Positions 55,121 through 64,000 of a DNA stretch of 64,000 nt are shown here, in pieces. The stretch's first letter is position 1, and each line of letters opens with the position of its first letter. Made by a program: the position numbers and the translations under genes. Origin of the DNA: Minisyncoccia bacterium (lineage in GTDB: Bacteria > Patescibacteriota > Minisyncoccia > Phycocordibacterales > Phycocordibacteraceae); NCBI GenBank assembly GCA_050011835.1, contig JBEKII010000001.1, positions 22,473-86,472 on the forward strand. The letters run 5' to 3'. The notes below the pieces were generated by a model that had not been told where the DNA came from, made no database searches, and worked only from the letters and a program-made list of their open reading frames with translations.

Positions 55121-56256
55121 GACTCGTGCGAAAGCGCGATGGCAAGCACTTCACGAGCGAGAACGCGCGCTGCATCCGGGTCGGTGAAGCCGGCAGCTCC
55201 CGCAGCCATGTGCTTCATAAGTTCTGAGTCGTTGATGATACGTTTTATTTCGGAAGCGAGAAGATGTGGCGTGAGATTCTCTTCCTCAATCACAATAGCA
55301 GCTCCGGTTCGAGCATAGGTATATGCATTGGTGCGCTGGTCGTGGCTTATAGATTCGGGAATGGGAATGAGAATGGCCGGTTTCCTCCAGAGTCCAATTT
55401 CAGCGATACTGCCCGCTCCCCCGCGCGAAACGATGACATCCGCGACGCCAACCGCTCGTTGCAATGATACTTCAGAAAAATAATTAATGGGATGATAGCG
55501 ATTTGCGTGCGGGTTATTTGTGAGCACGACATGAGCAACCGCTTCAACATCTTTAAAGTTTGTCTGCCCTGTTTGGTGGATGACATTGGTGAAGGAAACA
55601 AGATTCGGCAAAGACGAAAGTATTGATTCGTTTATTCTCATTGAGCCCTGGGAACCGCCAAGAATGAGAACGGTCGGCACATCTTTTTCAAGACCGAGGT
55701 ACTGCCGTGCTCCTTCCGGTTCAATTCGCGTAAGTGCCTTGCGAATCGGTATGCCGGTGCGTGCAATTTTATTCCTTACTTTTTTGGGAAAATATTCCGC
55801 GGCGCTTTCAAAAGAAATGGCGATTTTCTTCGCGAATTTTGCCGCCATCAAATTCGCACGGCCGGGCTTGGCGTCCGATTCATGAATAATAACGGGAATG
55901 TGCAGAAATCGCGCAGCAAGCACCGTTGGCACGCTACCATAGCCACCCTTGCTCACGACGACATCGGGATACAGGCGAAAAAGCGTGCCAATTGCATGCA
56001 CCGTTCCCGCGAAAGTGGCGAAAGAATCGGTCATATTTTTAAATGAAAAATATCGGCGCATCTTTCCCGCCGGTATGTGTACGTAGATGATGCCATTTTC
56101 AAAGAGCGCTTTTTCGTCATATGGACTCGGCGAGAGATAATAGAGCTTCGGCACAAGAAGATGCTCCTCGCGGACGAGGTCTTGTAACGCTTCGGCAATG
56201 GCGATAATCGGATAAAAGTGTCCGCCTGTTCCGCCTCCGGTAAATGCGATGGTCAT
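55117..56256 (-). CDS. murG: MurG (undecaprenyl-PP-MurNAc-pentapeptide GlcNAc transferase)
   Basis: MTIAFTGGGTGGHFYP. Confidence 0.85.
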   Translation of the reverse strand: MTIAFTGGGTGGHFYPIIAIAEALQDLVREEHLLVPKLYYLSPSPYDEKALFENGIIYVHIPAGKMRRYFSFKNMTDSFATFAGTVHAIGTLFRLYPDVVVSKGGYGSVPTVLAARFLHIPVIIHESDAKPGRANLMAAKFAKKIAISFESAAEYFPKKVRNKIARTGIPIRKALTRIEPEGARQYLGLEKDVPTVLILGGSQGSMRINESILSSLPNLVSFTNVIHQTGQTNFKDVEAVAHVVLTNNPHANRYHPINYFSEVSLQRAVGVADVIVSRGGAGSIAEIGLWRKPAILIPIPESISHDQRTNAYTYARTGAAIVIEEENLTPHLLASEIKRIINDSELMKHMAAGAAGFTDPDAARVLAREVLAIALSHES

Positions 56257-56279
56257 AGGAATAGTATATCGCGTTTTAT

Positions 56280-57377
56280 TTATGTCTTGCGATGCGCGGC
56301 GACGTTGAGGATGCAACCGCACATAAGAAGCGTCGCCAGAAGCGCGGTTCCTCCGTGAGAAATGAAAGGGAGCGGCAAGCCGGTCAATGGAATGATTCCA
56401 AGCATTGAGCAAATATTAATAAATGCCTGCAGAATAATCATAAAAGAGAATCCAAGTGCAATAAGCCCGCTGAAAAGGTCACGCGAATTCCCTGCTATCA
56501 CAATGCCGCGTGCGGAGAGTGCGACAAAAAATGCGAGCAAGATTGCCGCGCCGAGGAACCCGGTCTCTTCCGCAAAAACCGCAAAAACGGAATCGCCATC
56601 TGGCTCCGGCAAGTAATTGAATTTTTCCACGCTTTGACCGAATCCCCTGCCGAGCAAGCCGCCCGAGCCGACAGCGATTAATGATTGTTGGATTTGATAC
56701 CCACTGCTAAGAGAATTTGCCGAAGGATTAAGGAATGTTTCAATCCGTTCAAGCACGTACGGCCGCACGAGAATGAGTGTGCCGAGTGCGAAGATAGTCA
56801 CGAGCGCGAGGATGCCGAAATCGCGCCACGGAGCTCCTGCCGCAAAATACATCACCATGCCGGTCGCGAGGATGAGCAGTGTTGTAGACGTATTCGGTTG
56901 AGCAAGCAGCAATAAAACCGGCGGAATGAGAATAACAATGAAAGGCAGCAATCCTTTTTTCGGATGCGTAAGTTGCCGTGCGCGCGGCGCGAGCCACCAG
57001 GCGAGCGCAAGCACGAAACCGATCTTCAAGAACTCTGCCGGCTGCACAGTCGTGAACCAAAGATTAACCCAGCGAGTCGCGCCGCCCGAATGGAATCCGA
57101 TACCGGGTACAAAAACAAGCGCGGTAAATAAAAGCGTCAGGACATAGACATAGGGCGCAGAACGTTTCATCCATGCGATTGGAATGGCTCGTGCGGCAAT
57201 AAGCGCCAAAAGCCCGAGCCCTAATCCAAGACCTCCTTGAAGTAGAATATCCCGCGAAACCGAGTTGCCTTCGCGAACAAGAAGACCTAAAGCGGCCGAA
57301 GAAAAAATGGCAAGGCCGGCAAGCGCCACGCCGAGTACGAGCAGAAAGAAAATACGGTCGCCGGAAACGAACTTCAT
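56280..57377 (-). CDS. ftsW: SEDS peptidoglycan polymerase FtsW
   Basis: 10-TM SEDS protein between mraY and murG. Confidence 0.8.
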   Translation of the reverse strand: MKFVSGDRIFFLLVLGVALAGLAIFSSAALGLLVREGNSVSRDILLQGGLGLGLGLLALIAARAIPIAWMKRSAPYVYVLTLLFTALVFVPGIGFHSGGATRWVNLWFTTVQPAEFLKIGFVLALAWWLAPRARQLTHPKKGLLPFIVILIPPVLLLLAQPNTSTTLLILATGMVMYFAAGAPWRDFGILALVTIFALGTLILVRPYVLERIETFLNPSANSLSSGYQIQQSLIAVGSGGLLGRGFGQSVEKFNYLPEPDGDSVFAVFAEETGFLGAAILLAFFVALSARGIVIAGNSRDLFSGLIALGFSFMIILQAFINICSMLGIIPLTGLPLPFISHGGTALLATLLMCGCILNVAAHRKT

Positions 57378-58441
57378 GATGTACGAGCGAGGAGTGCGAT
57401 AGCGAGACCGACGACGCCCGCGATGATGGTGATAACCCAATATCGCATAGTAATTTTCGCCGCTGGCCAGCCAATTGCCTCAAAATGATGGTGAACGGGC
57501 GCAACGCGGAATATTTTTTTATGAAAAACTTTTTTCCAAAACACTTGGAGCAGTGTTGTCACAACAGTTGCGGTGAGGGGAAGCGCAACGAGCGGAAGTA
57601 TGAAAACGCCGACTCCGCCCGCAAGAGTGTCGGAAGCGAAAGCGGTCATCGCGAGCGCGAGCGTGAGGGCCATGCTGCCGGTTTCTGACATGTAAAATCG
57701 CGCGGGAGGAATGTTGAACCAGAGGAACGCAAGCGTCGCACTGGCGATAACGGCGGCGCATGCCGCGAGTGATATTTGCCCTTCGCCAAAGGCGATGCCG
57801 GCGTATATCATGAAAATAATTGCGAAAACGCCGCCGGCAAGCCCGTCAAGCCCGTCAATGGTGCCGCCTGCATAAATGGCGAGCGTTACCAGCGCGAAAA
57901 ACGGGATAACGAGCCAACCGAGAAAGAGAGGAGCCGCGAAAGGAATACCGATCGCAGTAACTCCGAGCTTGCTGTAGAACCACCAGCCGCTGATGAGCCC
58001 AATGACGCCGACAATAGAGAGTCGTCGCGAGAGTGAAAGGCCGCCCTTCCCTTTTGTTATTTCAAGAAAGTCGTCAATGAGTCCCGCAATGGCACCCGCC
58101 ACAAGCGCAAAAATCGGTAGCCATGTTTCGCGCCGATTCACAAAATCCAACATCGGCCAAAACGTACCAAGCAAACGCGCAAAAAGCCAGAAAAGAAATG
58201 CAGTTGCAAGTACTGAAGACCAGATGAGAATGCCTCCCATGCGCGGCGTCGAAATTTCGCGTTCTTTATGAAGCTCATCAAAGATTGGCGTGTTGCCGCC
58301 TCCTATACCCGCACCCTTTCCGGCACTTTTTTTCCATGCTTTTGCGCGATACAAAATTCCCGCAAGGAAGGGCGCGAAGACAATACCGAGCGCGAAAGAG
58401 GTCGCCGAAGGAATGAGGACCCGCGCGGCGGTGCTAATCAT
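57374..58441 (-). CDS. mraY: Phospho-N-acetylmuramoyl-pentapeptide transferase
   Basis: MraY family polytopic membrane protein (PTMGG-like, DD..DG motifs). Confidence 0.85.
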   Translation of the reverse strand: MISTAARVLIPSATSFALGIVFAPFLAGILYRAKAWKKSAGKGAGIGGGNTPIFDELHKEREISTPRMGGILIWSSVLATAFLFWLFARLLGTFWPMLDFVNRRETWLPIFALVAGAIAGLIDDFLEITKGKGGLSLSRRLSIVGVIGLISGWWFYSKLGVTAIGIPFAAPLFLGWLVIPFFALVTLAIYAGGTIDGLDGLAGGVFAIIFMIYAGIAFGEGQISLAACAAVIASATLAFLWFNIPPARFYMSETGSMALTLALAMTAFASDTLAGGVGVFILPLVALPLTATVVTTLLQVFWKKVFHKKIFRVAPVHHHFEAIGWPAAKITMRYWVITIIAGVVGLAIALLARTS

Positions 58442-59397
58442 AAGGAAGCGACACCCGCGAAGTGCGCAAGTGTGGCGGCGACGAGAGCAGAACCATCGGT
58501 AAAGCGAGCTTTTTGCGAAGAGCCGAGGACAACGACAGCGATTGGATGTCCCATGCCGCTGTCAAAAACAAATGCGAGATTGCCGCCCGCAAGATCGGTA
58601 TAACCGGTCTTGGAGAGGAGAAGGCGTGGAATAGAGGCAATCATCGGGTCTGTGTTTGTAACGTGGAAGGACGTGCCGCCTTCTGAAACGGCTTGAGCAG
58701 AACTCTTCGTCGTTGCTTCTGCAATAGTCGGCGCTTGCGCAACTAAAGCGCCGGCCAGGACAGCGAGGTCGCGTGCGGAGCCATATCCACCAGAAATCGC
58801 CGCATTCACATCAAGGCCGCTTCCATTGATTGCGTAGGTTTGCGAAAGACCCAGTGCGGCCGCTGCGCCGGCAAGCATATCGCTTTGGGAACGATTCTCG
58901 CGCAGAGCAGTCGCTTCGGCTATCGCAGCAGCGCCATCGTTTAAAGATGCGGTGAGAGTAAGGCGAGCGAGGTCGGCAAGTGTGAATGTTTGTCCTGGAG
59001 AAAAAGCGCGCGGCGCGTCAAGACGAGTGACATCAACGGGAATGGTGATTGGCGTGTTCGGCGAAAGCTCACCAAGCGCCGCGTAGACGGTCAAAAGTTT
59101 CGTGAGCGATGCGAGCGGAAGTTGGGCATCGGCATTTTTTGCATAAAGTGTTTTTCCCATCGCAACGTCATAGACGATCGCCGCTTTCGCTTCAAGCGGG
59201 ATATGCGCGAATGCGTCGGGTACAGTTGATGTTGCAACAGTAATAATCGACGTCATTGACACTTTCTGAAATAGCGGCGGTATAAAGAGGAAGAGCGCAA
59301 GAACACACGACGCGAGGATAAGCGCAATACCGATTTCGCGTTGCGAGCGACTATCACGGGTCAATTTTTGTAGTTCGTCAATATCCATATCACCCAT
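58438..59397 (-). CDS. D-alanyl-D-alanine carboxypeptidase (peptidase S11, PBP5/6-like)
   Basis: ASLTK (SxxK), SLND (SxN), KTGYT (KTG). The track start at 59466 overlaps scpB by 77 nt, so the ATG at 59397 is preferred. Confidence 0.75.
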   Translation of the reverse strand: MGDMDIDELQKLTRDSRSQREIGIALILASCVLALFLFIPPLFQKVSMTSIITVATSTVPDAFAHIPLEAKAAIVYDVAMGKTLYAKNADAQLPLASLTKLLTVYAALGELSPNTPITIPVDVTRLDAPRAFSPGQTFTLADLARLTLTASLNDGAAAIAEATALRENRSQSDMLAGAAAALGLSQTYAINGSGLDVNAAISGGYGSARDLAVLAGALVAQAPTIAEATTKSSAQAVSEGGTSFHVTNTDPMIASIPRLLLSKTGYTDLAGGNLAFVFDSGMGHPIAVVVLGSSQKARFTDGSALVAATLAHFAGVASL

Positions 59398-59980
59398 CTG
59401 CTTCTTCTTTAATAACTGCACGCGTTCCGGCCGCAAGTTCGCTGAAGCGCGGGAGATTTTCAACACGTGCGAGACCTAGGTGCGCGAGCGCCTCGGTTGT
59501 CATAGTATATCGCACTCGTCGTTTATCGCTCTCGTCCGTCTTTCCTTCAATGAGACCTCGTATGAGAAGTGTGCGAAGCGACGTTGAAGAATTAACACCA
59601 CGTACCCAATCTATCTCACCTCGGGTTGCTCCCTGGCCGGGCAGGCCTGTGTGGTATGCAATAACGGCAAGTGTCTCCAAGCTCGCTCTTCCAAGGTCGT
59701 GTGTAAGCTCGCTTTCAAAAAACTTTTTTACGACTGCAGACGCTTCAGGAGCCGTGCGCAATTCTACTTCGGTGGCGGTTTCAATAAGCGCGAGTCCGCT
59801 TTTCTCCAGCGAGTTAGAAAGTGCCCGGAACACTATCTTCAGTTCCGTTTCCTTGATGTTGAGGAATGTCGCGAGCCGTTTCTTTTCAATAGGTTCACCG
59901 GATGCAAAAAGGAGCGCTTCCACGGCCGCAGGAGGAGTGAGCATTCCATCCATCATAACTGCGGTCTCCCTCCTCAGCAA
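59390..59980 (-). CDS. scpB: Segregation and condensation protein B
   Basis: VEALLFASGEP...winged helix x2. Confidence 0.8.
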   Translation of the reverse strand: MLRRETAVMMDGMLTPPAAVEALLFASGEPIEKKRLATFLNIKETELKIVFRALSNSLEKSGLALIETATEVELRTAPEASAVVKKFFESELTHDLGRASLETLAVIAYHTGLPGQGATRGEIDWVRGVNSSTSLRTLLIRGLIEGKTDESDKRRVRYTMTTEALAHLGLARVENLPRFSELAAGTRAVIKEEADG

Positions 59981-59999
59981 TGTTTATGGCTGGGGATGC

Positions 60000-60767
60000 T
60001 TACCCGTACCGCGGGACGGCGGAAGCGGCGGTGTGGCTGATGCGAATATCGCCATACGTGTCATATTGTTCGGCGGCGACAGCGCCTTGTTTCACGAGCT
60101 CAAGAAGCGCGAGAAAAGAGATAATAACTTCCACTTTTTCTTTCGCATTTTTAGAAAAATCATTGAATGAAAGTGTTAACGCACTTTGCACGCGCTTCGC
60201 GAGACGGTCCATCATTTCTTCAATAGTAATAAGCGGTTTTATGTTTGCCGTCGGGAGCTTTTCGATTGTTTCGTGCGCGGTGAGAACTCGCGCGAGCGCT
60301 TCAGCGAGCGCAGGTGCTGAAAGGTCTCGTGAAGGCGCGAATGAAGGTTCCAAAGGGCGCTCTCCTGCCGGTAACATCATTGTCTTTCCGAAAATTCGTG
60401 CGAGTTCGCGCGTCGCTTCACGCACCTTTTCATATGCCGCGAGCCGGAGTTTAAGGTCTTCAACATCCGCGTTTTCTTCTTCCGAGAGCGTGAGGTCTGG
60501 AATGAGGGATTTTGATTTTATGAGAAGCAGTGTCGCGGCGATTTGTATGAAATTCGTGGTTTCTTCAACTGGAAATATTTCTTGTTCTCGCACATGCTGG
60601 ATAAAATCTTCGGTGATAGACGCGAGGGCAAGGTCATTAACAAGAAGCTTTCGCGCCTCTATAAGGTCAAGGACAAGGTCGAATGGCCCTTGGTAGGACT
60701 TTGTCTGAATAATAAAATTAGTTTTCGGAAACGTCGTCTGCATTGATAGAGAGGTGAAGTTCTTCAA
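60000..60767 (-). CDS. scpA: Segregation and condensation protein A
   Basis: GPFDLVLDLI...kleisin family. Confidence 0.8.
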   Translation of the reverse strand: MKNFTSLSMQTTFPKTNFIIQTKSYQGPFDLVLDLIEARKLLVNDLALASITEDFIQHVREQEIFPVEETTNFIQIAATLLLIKSKSLIPDLTLSEEENADVEDLKLRLAAYEKVREATRELARIFGKTMMLPAGERPLEPSFAPSRDLSAPALAEALARVLTAHETIEKLPTANIKPLITIEEMMDRLAKRVQSALTLSFNDFSKNAKEKVEVIISFLALLELVKQGAVAAEQYDTYGDIRISHTAASAVPRYG

Positions 60768-62121
60768 GCTGTTTTTTTGAAAGAGGTTTCGGCGCTTTCA
60801 TCACTGCGGTCTGGCCGCCGCGCGTCATCGGGAATGCCTGTACCTCACGAAGCATGGTCTCGCCGGTAAGATTCATAATGTTGCGCTCGATGCCGAGCGC
60901 GATGCCGCCGTGCGGCGGCGTGCCGAAGCGGAATGCGCGGAGCATATGCCCGACGCGCTCCTCAAGCTCCTCGTTTGAAAATCCCATGATTTTATAGACC
61001 GCTTCAAGAATCTCCGGCTTGTGCGCGCGGATAGAGCCGCCGCCCGACTCGTAACCGTTACAGACAAGGTCGTATTGCGTCGTGAGAATGTCGGAAATAT
61101 GCTCGCCCTTCAAAAGCCAGTCGCTATGTTCCGGAATCGGCATCGAGAACGGATTATGCGTGAAAGTCCAACCACCCTCGTCGGTCTTCTCAAAGAATGG
61201 AAAGTTTATGACCCATGCGTAGGCGAGAATGCCTTTCTCTTTTTCCTCCGGCATACGCATATCAAACTTATCGGCACCATATTTCCCCATCGCATCGGTA
61301 TATGAGATGCGCGGAAACGGTTTTTGCTTGATAGTGTATCCCATCGCCTCCACGACGGTTGTCATCATTTCTTCAATGGCGCCCATCACGTTTTCCCTCG
61401 TGACGAACGACATCTCCACGTCCAATTGCGTATGTTCAAAGCCACGGTCGGCGCGAAGGTCTTCATCGCGTATCGCGCGCGCGATCTGGAAGTAGCGCTC
61501 GAAGCCGGCGGTCATGAGAAGTTGCTTATATTGCTGGGGCGACTGCGGTAGCGCGTAGAATTTCCCGGGATGCAGGCGGGAAGGCACGACGAAATCGCGT
61601 GAGCCCTCGGGAGTTGATTCGGTAAGCAGAGGCGTTTCAATTTCTATAAATTCTTTTGAAAATAAATATTCACGGCATCGGCGGATAAATTCGCTCCGCA
61701 GGTGCATGTTTTTTTGCATCCGTTTGGAGCGCAGGTCGAGGTAGCGATATTCGGCGCGGACGCTTTCATCAATGCCGCTGGTGTCTCCCGATATATCAAA
61801 CGGCATCGCATTTGACGGATTTAGAATTTCAATGGTTTTTATTTCAAGTTCTATGTCACCATTCTGCCGGTCGGCTTGAGCGTTTTTCTCCGGCCGTTTA
61901 TTCACCATGCCCTCAACGCGAACGACGTATTCATTGCGAATGTCCTTCGCAATTTCCATTGCAGGACTCTCCGGAAGAACGACACCTTGAACAAGGCCGG
62001 TACGGTCGCGAAAATCAAAAAAAACCATTTTCCCTTGGTCGCGGCGGACATCCACCCAACCGGAAATAGAAACGATCTCACCGATATGATTTTTTAAGTC
62101 CTCAATAAGCGTTCGTTCCAT
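60718..62121 (-). CDS. aspS: Aspartyl-tRNA synthetase (compact, no GAD insertion)
   Basis: Class II motifs (FRAEDLRADRGFEHTQLD, GGGSIRAH). OB-fold N-terminus. Confidence 0.8.
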   Translation of the reverse strand: MERTLIEDLKNHIGEIVSISGWVDVRRDQGKMVFFDFRDRTGLVQGVVLPESPAMEIAKDIRNEYVVRVEGMVNKRPEKNAQADRQNGDIELEIKTIEILNPSNAMPFDISGDTSGIDESVRAEYRYLDLRSKRMQKNMHLRSEFIRRCREYLFSKEFIEIETPLLTESTPEGSRDFVVPSRLHPGKFYALPQSPQQYKQLLMTAGFERYFQIARAIRDEDLRADRGFEHTQLDVEMSFVTRENVMGAIEEMMTTVVEAMGYTIKQKPFPRISYTDAMGKYGADKFDMRMPEEKEKGILAYAWVINFPFFEKTDEGGWTFTHNPFSMPIPEHSDWLLKGEHISDILTTQYDLVCNGYESGGGSIRAHKPEILEAVYKIMGFSNEELEERVGHMLRAFRFGTPPHGGIALGIERNIMNLTGETMLREVQAFPMTRGGQTAVMKAPKPLSKKQLEELHLSINADDVSEN

Positions 62122-62217
62122 TGATAATACGATAGCATAAAAGCCGCGTATGCGTATATGTCCTATAAAAACAAAGAGCCCGTCGAGCGGGCTCTTCTGC
62201 GCGGGGCGAATTTATTC

Positions 62218-62448
62218 TCACCATGAAAATAATTGGTCAGACCACATCTCCAACGCGAAAATGAACAGGCCAATTTGGAGGAGCATAGTGACAAAAGCAG
62301 TAATGCCTTGCATTTGGTCACTATAGCCAAGCCGCGCAACTACGGCAGCCGCTATTACGAAAAGACAGCAGAAGAGCAAGAGACCGACGATTCCCAGTAT
62401 TACGTACAAAGCTCCACGGAGTGCTTTAGCAATCTTCTTTTTCTTCAT
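62218..62448 (-). CDS. Small membrane protein (2 TM)
   Basis: Hydrophobic ORF followed by a minus-strand terminator (agagcccg-tcga-cgggctct + T-run). Confidence 0.45.
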   Translation of the reverse strand: MKKKKIAKALRGALYVILGIVGLLLFCCLFVIAAAVVARLGYSDQMQGITAFVTMLLQIGLFIFALEMWSDQLFSW

Positions 62449-62548
62449 TGATTTTTCCTTTCTCCCATTTTAGGCATGGATGCCGGCTCAAGGTTCATTT
62501 CTGATGATTAATTTAGCATACAATGGTCGCTTAGGCAACTCCCGTAAT

Positions 62549-63471
62549 GGTTCAATACCTTCGCAACACCCGGGCATTAAAGTTGCGAACATGTATACAC
62601 ACAATCCGAATCTCCCGAAAGTCCGTATGGAAGCGGTGCGACTCGTTAAATATCGCCTGTGGAGTATGCAGAAAGTGGCTCGATACATTGGTGTTGAGCC
62701 GAGTACCGTTTCCCGCTGGTGTCGAAGTCCGTGGGGCACCGGATGGATGCCGATACCGACGAAATCGTCGAGGCCGAGAGTGAGTCCGAAGGCTCTGGCA
62801 ACGGATACTGTTGAAGCCATCATTCGTGAACGCGTCGGCAAACGAAGATGTGCGGAGCATGTGTATCATGCGCTCAAACGAAAAGGAGTTGCCGTTTCGC
62901 TTTCTTCAGTGAAGCGAACGCTTGACCGCTGTCATCTGCGAAAGAAACGGAGTCCCTGGAAGCGGCCGCATGACTATACCGAACGGCCAGAGGCCGCATT
63001 CTGTGGCGCATTGCTTGAATTGGACACCATCCACATCATGGCGCCCGATGGGTCTCGCATTTATGTGTACACCATCATCGATCTTTTCAGCCGATGGGCG
63101 TATGCGGAAGTGGCGAAGAGAATCGGTGCGGCACACTCGTTTTCTTTCATCAAACGTGCGGTGAGGAATTCTTCTTTCCGTTTCTGCATGGTGCAGACAG
63201 ACCACGGTTCTGAATTCCAAAAAATGTTTCGTTTCAGATTGGCGAAAATGAACATTGTGCATCGGTATTGCCGCGTTCGGCAGAAAGACGATCAGGCGCA
63301 TATTGAACGCTTCAACCGGACCATTCAAGAAGAGTGTTTTGACCGTACGGTGCACACCATTGGAGACTTCAAAAGTGCATTAAAAGAATATCTGCCGTGG
63401 TACAACGGCGAGCGCACGCACATCGGTCTTAATTATCAAACGCCGCTCGAAGTGTTGCGAAGGTATTGAAC
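62549..63471 (+). mobile_element. IS481-family insertion sequence with 20-bp perfect terminal inverted repeats
   Basis: IRL GTTCAATACCTTCGCAACAC at 62549-62568. IRR is its reverse complement at 63452-63471. Single transposase ORF inside. Confidence 0.65.
62591..63469 (+). CDS. IS481-family DDE transposase (HTH + rve integrase core)
   Basis: HTH (VEPSTVSRWCRSP). DDE core IIDLFSRW...VQTDHGSEF...NGERTHIGLNYQTP. Confidence 0.7.
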   Translation: MYTHNPNLPKVRMEAVRLVKYRLWSMQKVARYIGVEPSTVSRWCRSPWGTGWMPIPTKSSRPRVSPKALATDTVEAIIRERVGKRRCAEHVYHALKRKGVAVSLSSVKRTLDRCHLRKKRSPWKRPHDYTERPEAAFCGALLELDTIHIMAPDGSRIYVYTIIDLFSRWAYAEVAKRIGAAHSFSFIKRAVRNSSFRFCMVQTDHGSEFQKMFRFRLAKMNIVHRYCRVRQKDDQAHIERFNRTIQEECFDRTVHTIGDFKSALKEYLPWYNGERTHIGLNYQTPLEVLRRY

Positions 63472-64000
63472 TTAATTAGCTCCAATCACTTGGCGCACCC
63501 GCTCCATTTTCGCCTCGCTCACCGCGCGCGCTTCGCGCTTCCCTTTTGTAAGAACTTCGTCCACGATATCAGAATTATTTTTTAACTCTTCATATTTCGC
63601 CCGCAAAGGCGCGAGATAGCGATCGAGATCCTGGATGAGTGTTTCTTTCAGCGCTTTATAGTTGCCCTTGTGCTGATCGTACACTGCAGCGAGTTCCGAT
63701 TCGGCTCGCACGAGCTTATGGATCGCGTATACATTTTCAGGCCGTTCGCCCAATGAATCGGTAACGATGCCCATTACCGCTCTCGCGAGCTCGTCGTGCG
63801 ATGCAAAAAGCGGAATGACATTGTCGTAACTTTTGCTCATTTTCCGGCCATCGGTACCAGGGACAATAGCCACGTTAGGTAAAATATATTGTTCCGGAAG
63901 TTTAAATAAATCTGTTTTAAAAACATAGTTGAATTTCTCGGCCGTATCGCGCGCATATTCAATATGTTGTTTTTGGTCCTGCCCGACCGGCACGATCGCG
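63472..64000 (-). CDS. trpS: Tryptophanyl-tRNA synthetase, 3' part (5' end beyond the window)
   Basis: GRKMSKSYDN (KMSKS) and class-I anticodon-binding C-terminus. The stop abuts IRR of the IS. Confidence 0.8.
   Translation of the reverse strand, partial: AIVPVGQDQKQHIEYARDTAEKFNYVFKTDLFKLPEQYILPNVAIVPGTDGRKMSKSYDNVIPLFASHDELARAVMGIVTDSLGERPENVYAIHKLVRAESELAAVYDQHKGNYKALKETLIQDLDRYLAPLRAKYEELKNNSDIVDEVLTKGKREARAVSEAKMERVRQVIGAN

Noticed and set aside
62506-63480. TTAATTTAGC and TTAATTAGC as target-site duplications of the IS
   Set aside because: The left copy lies 34 nt outside the true IRL (62549), so it cannot be a TSD. It is a coincidental A/T-rich match.
1-64000. CRISPR arrays
   Set aside because: No series of regularly spaced 24-48-nt direct repeats was seen anywhere. 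The only tandem repeats are the 10-bp duplicates in the primase gene.

Overview
The window is about 64 kb of bacterial chromosome, apparently from a small-genome lineage. The evidence for that is a class-I LysRS, compact ProS and AspRS, many 4-bp gene overlaps and a split dcw cluster; assignment to a CPR/Patescibacteria-like organism is inference only. It divides into two parts.

(1) Positions 1-9223 form an AT-rich integrated mobile/defense element that ends at a tRNA-Asn(GTT) gene (9212-9283, minus strand). It carries a large serine recombinase whose last codons overlap the tRNA 3' end. It also carries a DnaG-type primase (CHC2 zinc finger + TOPRIM) fused to a P-loop NTPase, which is a P4/PICI-like replication initiator. 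Several small ORFs follow. The element also carries a 741-aa reverse transcriptase with a ~440-aa non-RT C-terminal extension, resembling Abi/'UG' defense RTs, as a single-gene unit with its own promoter and terminator. The N-terminus of an N6/N4 DNA methyltransferase (DPPY motif, Type III Mod-like) runs off the left edge. This RT-bearing island is the best candidate for a new anti-phage system.

(2) Positions 9.3-64 kb are core chromosome. Housekeeping genes include PEBP, hpf-like, fmt-def, murA, two mreB paralogs, mreCD-mrdA, holB, frr, rseP, proS, greA, lysK (class I), mraZ-rsmH-ftsL-ftsI-murF, rmuC, rplU, a DEAD-box helicase, recR, dnaB, cysS, ctpA, rplI, rpmA, a LOG-family gene, an M23 peptidase, gltX, murG-ftsW-mraY, a DD-carboxypeptidase, scpAB, aspS and the 3' end of trpS. 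Small accessory inserts sit among these: a ParB-like nuclease operon between lysK and mraZ; a tandem-duplicated pair of membrane-protein genes; a Cys-rich-protein gene bracketed by its own promoter and terminator; an AT-rich islet preceded by a structured ~270-nt noncoding region that ends in a strong terminator; an AT-rich DUF3419/BtaA-like gene; and an IS481-family IS with 20-bp perfect terminal inverted repeats. tRNA-Glu(CTC) lies at 36610-36681. No CRISPR array was seen.
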